Position numbers and translations under genes: made by a program. From positions 37,696,001 through 37,760,000 of the forward strand of contig OX597840.1 of assembly GCA_951406725.2 (NCBI GenBank): DNA of 64,000 bases, written 5' to 3'. This stretch comes from Octopus vulgaris. Lineage: Eukaryota. Shown here piece by piece: positions 57,511 through 64,000 of this stretch (position 1 is its first letter; each line of letters opens with the position of its first letter). The notes beneath the pieces were generated by a model that worked only from the letters and a program-made list of their open reading frames with translations, made no database searches and was not told the origin of the DNA.

Positions 57511-58161
57511 CATTCTTTTAGTTATTAAGTACAAAGCTTTAGTATGTACGTAGAATACCATAAACTCGAAAGACATGTCGAATACAATACAAATGGAGTC
57601 GGGCAATTAAAGCGATATAAACTTGTTGAGTGTGACAGCGTTATAGGAAAAGTTAAAATTGGATGAAAGACTTACGTTCCTAATTATATAAGAATAGGCA
57701 CGGGGCCTGACTCTGAAACGTAAGAAGCTTTCGTCGCAATCATGCGGTTTCAGTTTCAATCCCATTGTACTTTATCTTCGGCAAGATTCTTTTGGTCAAC
57801 CAGCACCTCATAAATGAATTTGCTTGAAGGAGATGTGTTTGTCCCGTGTATTGTCTATGTCCGATGTGTCAATGTTTGTCTCCCCAGCTATGGACATCTG
57901 ACGTTGGTTTGTTTACGTCTCCGTAACTTAGATGCAATAGAATTACAACCAAACTTAAGATTAAATATTTCTGTCGGTTTGTTCGAATAAACATTTCGAA
58001 GTAGTCGCCCTGCACGGCCGCAGTTCAATGACTGAAATAAGTAAAAGGTAAAATGATGAATTTTCATTACAGATTTTATATTAAACGAGACACGAATAAT
58101 GCAGCCCGAGAAGTAAGAAGAACCATATGGTTTCGGATTTAGTCGGATTTAGGCAATCGTC

Positions 58162-58230
<69 letters not shown>

Positions 58231-58236
<6 letters not shown>

Positions 58237-58602
58237 CGCAGGCAACAGGTTGCTTATCCACATGCCCAAAGAATTAGAAATAGCAGTCAAAGACTGTATA
58301 TTTCTATTTTCTACAAATGAGACTCCACATATGACATACCCCTGTAATTCACATATGCAAATGTAAATTACAGGGATATGTCGTATGTGGAGTCTTATTT
58401 GTAGAAAATAGAAATAAACAGTCTTTGACTGCTATTTCTAATTTTTTCGGTATGCGGCTAAGCAACCTGTTGCCTGCCATTTTTTTTTATATACAAAATA
58501 TATATTGAACTTTTATAGAAGTTCTTACCGTTAATGGTTATATTTAGAGTAAATAATTGTCTTTTTTATAAAAACCAACAATTATTGATATTATTTACTC
58601 TT
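58231..58602. repeat. Fold-back element in (TA)n, arms about 125 bp, short loop
   Basis: 58231-58354 pairs imperfectly with 58361-58489; about 110 bp AT-rich tail, then (TA)n. Confidence 0.93.
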
Positions 58603-58696
58603 ATATATATATATATATGTTTATATATATATGTATATATGTATAATAGTTATCGCCATACTAATATGGCATTCTTATAAAAATAAGAAAAAAGAG

Positions 58697-58764
<68 letters not shown>

Positions 58765-60174
58765 ATGAACAATTCCTTATCTTGATAAGTACCGATTCTC
58801 GAATCAATCACAATGCACACCATCTTGGCTTGAATACGAACTCACAGCACAGACAGCGGAACAGACTCCCTACGTCTACACCGTTTGACTGCATCAGTAT
58901 TGCACAGATTCTTCGTCAGAAATATTTCTGAAATATAAGACTAACATTTACACACACACACACATTCACACATACGCACTTACATATACACATATGTATA
59001 TTTCCACAGATGTATATGGATGTAAACGAATGTTGGTGCTCTGTGTTCTTCGGAAAGAAGTCATCGCAAAGTAAATGTTAATATGTAGTTTAAATATTTT
59101 AAAATGTGAATCGGTACATTTCGTTCGCCATTGGGAAAAGGAAAAACCATTTATATATACCAAACCTGAACGTAGCATTTGAAATCAACCAATAATATAC
59201 GTTGCTGTTCGCGCATTTTAAGCACGTATGTGTGTATATATACATACATACATATATACGTAACTACACCCATTCATACTTACATACATACCTACATGTA
59301 TATATATGTATGTATATATGTGTGTGCATGTATATATACATATATACATGATGATGATACGCGCTCACAGGGATTCCGCTGAGCGTATGTGTACCCATGT
59401 GATGCTCTTATGTGCTTCTCTGTATTTCTGTAAGAATGTACAAGTGAGTGAAAAGGAATATAAACCCTACTTTCCAGAATTCACCCCTACTTTCCGAGCT
59501 AACTAGTATTTTGGAAAATCACTTTCTACATACATATATGAATCATATATCAATATGGGTGTAGTTGTGGCTCCAGGGTAAAACGTTTGCCTAGAAATAA
59601 CATGACCTCGGGTTCAAGCCCACTGTGTGGCACATTCTGTGTTTTCTGTCACATCTTAGGGTTTTGCCACAGACTCAGTCTGGGCAAAGCCTTATTGGCG
59701 GATTTTGTCAGAGACGGAAGATGAAAAAGATAATGAATTACTAACTACAAGATAATGAGTTCAAAATTTCGTATTGAACTTCCACTGTATACGATAAAAC
59801 TACATGTACATCTCAGTGTACTTCGCTTCCAACAAGTAACTATTGTAATTTGAAGTTTAATGGTCAGCAGCAAGAAAAATGTCTAGATATCTTTAAAAAT
59901 ATCGTGCAAAATATGTCGAGAAAAAGCACATTTTTTTTCATAACAAAACACAGACACACACACGGAGGTGTCTCTGTGTTAAATCGAGCTACTACAAATA
60001 GCAGCCAAATCTCTCTTAAAACACACCCTTCCATCAAAATATAGACACCGATTTACAGTATTTTTAGGAAGTAAAAAAGGACAAAATCTCTGTGATGGGT
60101 CTGCGACATTAGTTCACATAAAAAAATATATACTAAATCATACGAAGAAAGTGGACGGTATATTTTCGAACTTA

Positions 60175-60405
60175 GGCGGCGAGCTGGCAGAAACGTTAGC
60201 ACGCCGGGCGAAATGCGTAGCCGTATTTTGTCTGTCGTTACGTTCTGAGTTCAAATTCCGCCGAGGTCGACTTTGCCTTTCATCCTTTCGGGGTCGATAA
60301 ATTAAGTACCAGTTACGTACTGGGGTCGATGTAATCGACCTAATACCTATGTCTGTCCTTGTTTGTCCCCTCTGTCTTTAGCCCCTTGTGGGTAATAAAG
60401 AAATA
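60175..60405 (+). mobile_element. Full-length SINE group 2 with 16-bp TSD
   Basis: tRNA-like head ggcggcgagctggcagaa...gagttcaaattcc; central ggtcgactttgcctttcatcctttcggggtcgataaattaagtacc (recalled as Meta/MESC-like, unverified); ggtatattttcgaact at 60157-60172 and 60406-60421. Confidence 0.93.
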
Positions 60406-60651
60406 GGTATATTTTCGAACTCCCATTCCCTGGTAAAACTCCACATAGATTGTTCAGGCAGAGTTGCCTTAAGATCTTAAAATTGTGCGACTGCACCTCG
60501 TTTTCGAGATTCTTTTTGAAGTAAAAAAGAGTTGTTGTGCATAACATATACTTTATTTGTTAGCCATACGATTATTGAACCTTTTGATATCTCATACGTC
60601 AAAATCGGCAACTCAATTTTCGAATCCATAAGGAACATATTCGCTCGTTCG

Positions 60652-60689
<38 letters not shown>

Positions 60690-62394
60690 CTCTCTCTCTC
60701 TGTTTTATATATATATCAAGATTTTAGATATTTCTTTATTTGAAATGTTTTCATTTCCAACGCTATCATTCTCTAGTACAGTAACGTCTCAAGAGAATCT
60801 CGGTCTCAAATTTTGGCATCTGATACAAACAAATTTTACACAATTTCACGAATGCTATTGATAAAACATGCATAATTAAGAGTTTTTCTATGTATATTTT
60901 TGTGCATTATTGTATTGTATATGCAAGTTGTATCTGCTGCTGTTTGCTGTGTTTTGTTTCGTCTTATATTTTTCTATAATATGTCTTTATTGTAAACGCA
61001 TTGTCAATCGATGCGGCTGTGTTGTGTACGAATGACATACACAATACTTTGGGCCATGAACTTTATATCATTAAGTTTACATAGAAATTTTGCATTAATT
61101 TAATTGTGTGAAGTATATTCTGTAGTTTGGAGATTTGTGCAGTCTCGATAATGAAATTTGTAATTCTAATATCTATTCTAACAGTATTAGTTTCAAATAA
61201 TTTGTAGTTAAGTTTGATACATATATATTATTTTATAGGTGATTATATAAAGCTTTCAACCATTCCGTAATGTGAATGCATCTAGAACATGTAGTATACA
61301 ATATGGCGCGATTTGTGTATGTGGCTTTGTTGTATATATATCAGTGTTATATCAGAGGGTGGTGCATGTTTTCCTCTACTTTGCAATATTCCTTTTCTAG
61401 AGTGTTCTATATTATTAATACTGTTTGTAAACTCTTATGATTTCCCTATTTAAAATTGCTTTGCATGATGAAGGTTTCAAGCAATTTGATTGAATGCCTC
61501 TACACTCGTACATTGTATACCCACGAAGACACTTAGTATGGCATACCTTGCAGAAGCATTTTTGTGTGTCTTTCTCGTGCTATAAAAGTTACGCCTTCAA
61601 TCTATATCTATATCTAAGGACGTAGTAATGGCGATGTTCGATTTTATGCTAGGAATATGCTGACACATAAAACTGAATATCAAAATATTCTGAAGATAGA
61701 AGGAAGTAAGAAAGAAAAAAACAACTATATTTGAAAGCAAGAATAAAACATAATTCCGTTTGAAATCTTCAGATCTAAGGAAATATAAGAATTTAAGAGA
61801 AGACTTGGTAACAAAATCAGGGAAAAAAGGGACGCCGTAGAAAAAGGTTGGATTCTACACTGCTTCCGGGATTCTAAGTGAATATCAAGGATTGCACAAG
61901 AAAGTTTATTCCTTGTCTTTTATCTTAAGAATTTACCAAAATCCTTCATACTTTCTTCGCACTTTCTTCCTCATCTTTTCTCTTCCTCTTCTACCAAAAT
62001 ATCCTCTCTTAAATACATCTGCCTCTAAAAGCTCAGTAATTTTTAAAGTGATACGAGGTAAACTAACACACATGTTCCATTTATTTTCAATTTTTTCGTT
62101 TCTTTTCTCTGTGAGATTTCTCTTCGTCTTTCAGAAGAAGTACTTAAGCTCAGAATATCAAAGACATTTCTAACTCCACTTCCCCAGTGCTCACTTAATA
62201 ACTGTGCTTTTCACTGCGCTTTTCGTGCAGATATTTTACGTCGAAAATCTTGCAATTATATCGACACATTCAGAGATGGCCGCTTAGTTGATCCTTTCTC
62301 TTCTTCTTCACACAGTTCTGGATTATAGACTGCCTCTTGGAAATTTCAGAGAGCTAACACGTATGACACGAGTGTATTTTCAAAACAAACACAT

Positions 62395-62476
62395 TCACAC
62401 GCGTACATATATAAATGCATATGCGTACACACAGACAGCGGCATTCACACATATATACATATACATATATAAGCAA

Positions 62477-62512
<36 letters not shown>

Positions 62513-62945
62513 GAGTGCATATATAGTTATATATGTGTGTATATATATGTGTGCATATACATATATCTATACATACACATATACAAACATACATACCTAT
62601 ATGTATATATATACATACATATATGTGCATACGTGTATGTATACATATATGTATATGCGCATGTAAATATCCACATATATATACATATATATATATATAT
62701 GTGTGTATCTATCTATCAACATATATATATGCATATACATATATGTATACAAACATGCATATCTATATCATATGTATGTGTATAAGCATACATACTTACA
62801 CAGACATACATATATACATACATATATACATGCATAAATACATACATAAAATCATACATACATACGTAAAGATAGATAGATACAACTATATATACATTCA
62901 CGCCTGCACGCATACATGCATTCATACATATATATATATATAGAG
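62395..62945. repeat. Degenerate (TA)/(CA)/(TACA) low-complexity field (similar field at 63480-63975)
   Basis: Seen directly. Confidence 0.95.
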
Positions 62946-63480
62946 AGAGAGAGATACCTATACACCTTGGCAAACCTGTAGATGGTAACAAAAAAAAGCC
63001 GTCCAACCCCACAAAAGAATCGTTTTCTGCATTCTGTGTATTTCTCCTGCAGCCAAATTATATAATACATGGAAATCAATACATGTGACCTATCCAATAT
63101 TCATTGGCTCTTATCTCAGATGCAGTTTGGCTCTAGGAACTTCGATTACAGAAATCAACTTGTATACATCTATGTCAAACCGTACACTGTACTTCCACTT
63201 CTAAATTTCATCATTGTTACCATCTCACACTTCGCTTCAGTCCTCCAGCAATAAAAAAAAATTTATTTCGTTAGCTATTTACTTCGTTTGTTCCAGTTGC
63301 TGTTGAGTTTTCGTTCGCTTTTTTTTTATTCTGTTTTATTTAAAACATTTTTTTTGACTTTGGAGAATTTTTCTGTTCTGTTCTTTTTTTGTATTTTTGT
63401 ATTTTTTTTGTTTCCATTCGAGTGATCTTTGTGTTTTTGTTTCTTTACACAAAGGATTTAATTTGAATCAATAAAGAACG

Positions 63481-63513
<33 letters not shown>

Positions 63514-63598
63514 ATGAATGCCCGCGTATACTTATACGCTTATGTATAAAGAAACACACACATCTTTCTTTGTGTCTCTCTCCTCTTTCTCTCGCTCC

Positions 63599-63633
<35 letters not shown>

Positions 63634-63686
63634 ATCAAGTATGTATGCGTGAATGTATGTTTGTGTATAGATGTAAGTGTAGGAAC

Positions 63687-63722
<36 letters not shown>

Positions 63723-64000
63723 CCATGTATACAGGCATACACACACACGCTCACACAAACACACACTTATATGTATATATACATATATATGTATATATAT
63801 GTATGGATATAAGAATATATATCTATATGTGTATATATAAATATCTTTATAAGTTTTTTATATATGTATAAACATATATGTACATATACATATATGCACA
63901 TATATACGCACATGAGTGTGTGCATGTTGTGTGTGTATGTATGTGTATATATATGTGTGTGTATGCGTGTATGCACTTCACTTACAAGAATACCCGTCTC

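Noticed and set aside
61250-61520. Possible Penelope RT fragment (TDIY..K..T-like) on the minus strand
   Set aside because: Needs frameshifts and has no second supporting motif.

Overview
AT-rich, repeat-saturated eukaryotic DNA with no recognisable intact host gene; nearly all ORFs in the supplied track are microsatellite read-throughs. The repeat mix (very long (TA)n/(CA)n/(TATG)n/(AAT)n/(TTC)n tracts, three tRNA-headed SINE groups, RTE-type LINE relics, Tc1/mariner relics) looks like an octopus/coleoid cephalopod intron or gene desert (inference, not verified). Supported elements: five decayed Tc1/mariner insertions (two complementary halves of one DD34D mariner family, a second mariner family, two maT/DD37D-like relics), RTE LINE fragments, a tandem pair of Helentron-type (HINE-like) elements and many SINE copies, several with target-site duplications. 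The most interesting signal is a set of short non-coding elements, mostly embedded in microsatellites, that carry type-I minimal hammerhead-ribozyme folds (two with canonical cores, six with shared variant cores), plus four fold-back elements with a common (TA)n-arm-loop-arm-tail-(TA)n layout. Together they suggest a microsatellite-associated, non-autonomous Penelope-like/retrozyme-like system. Coordinates were read by eye and may be off by a few bases.
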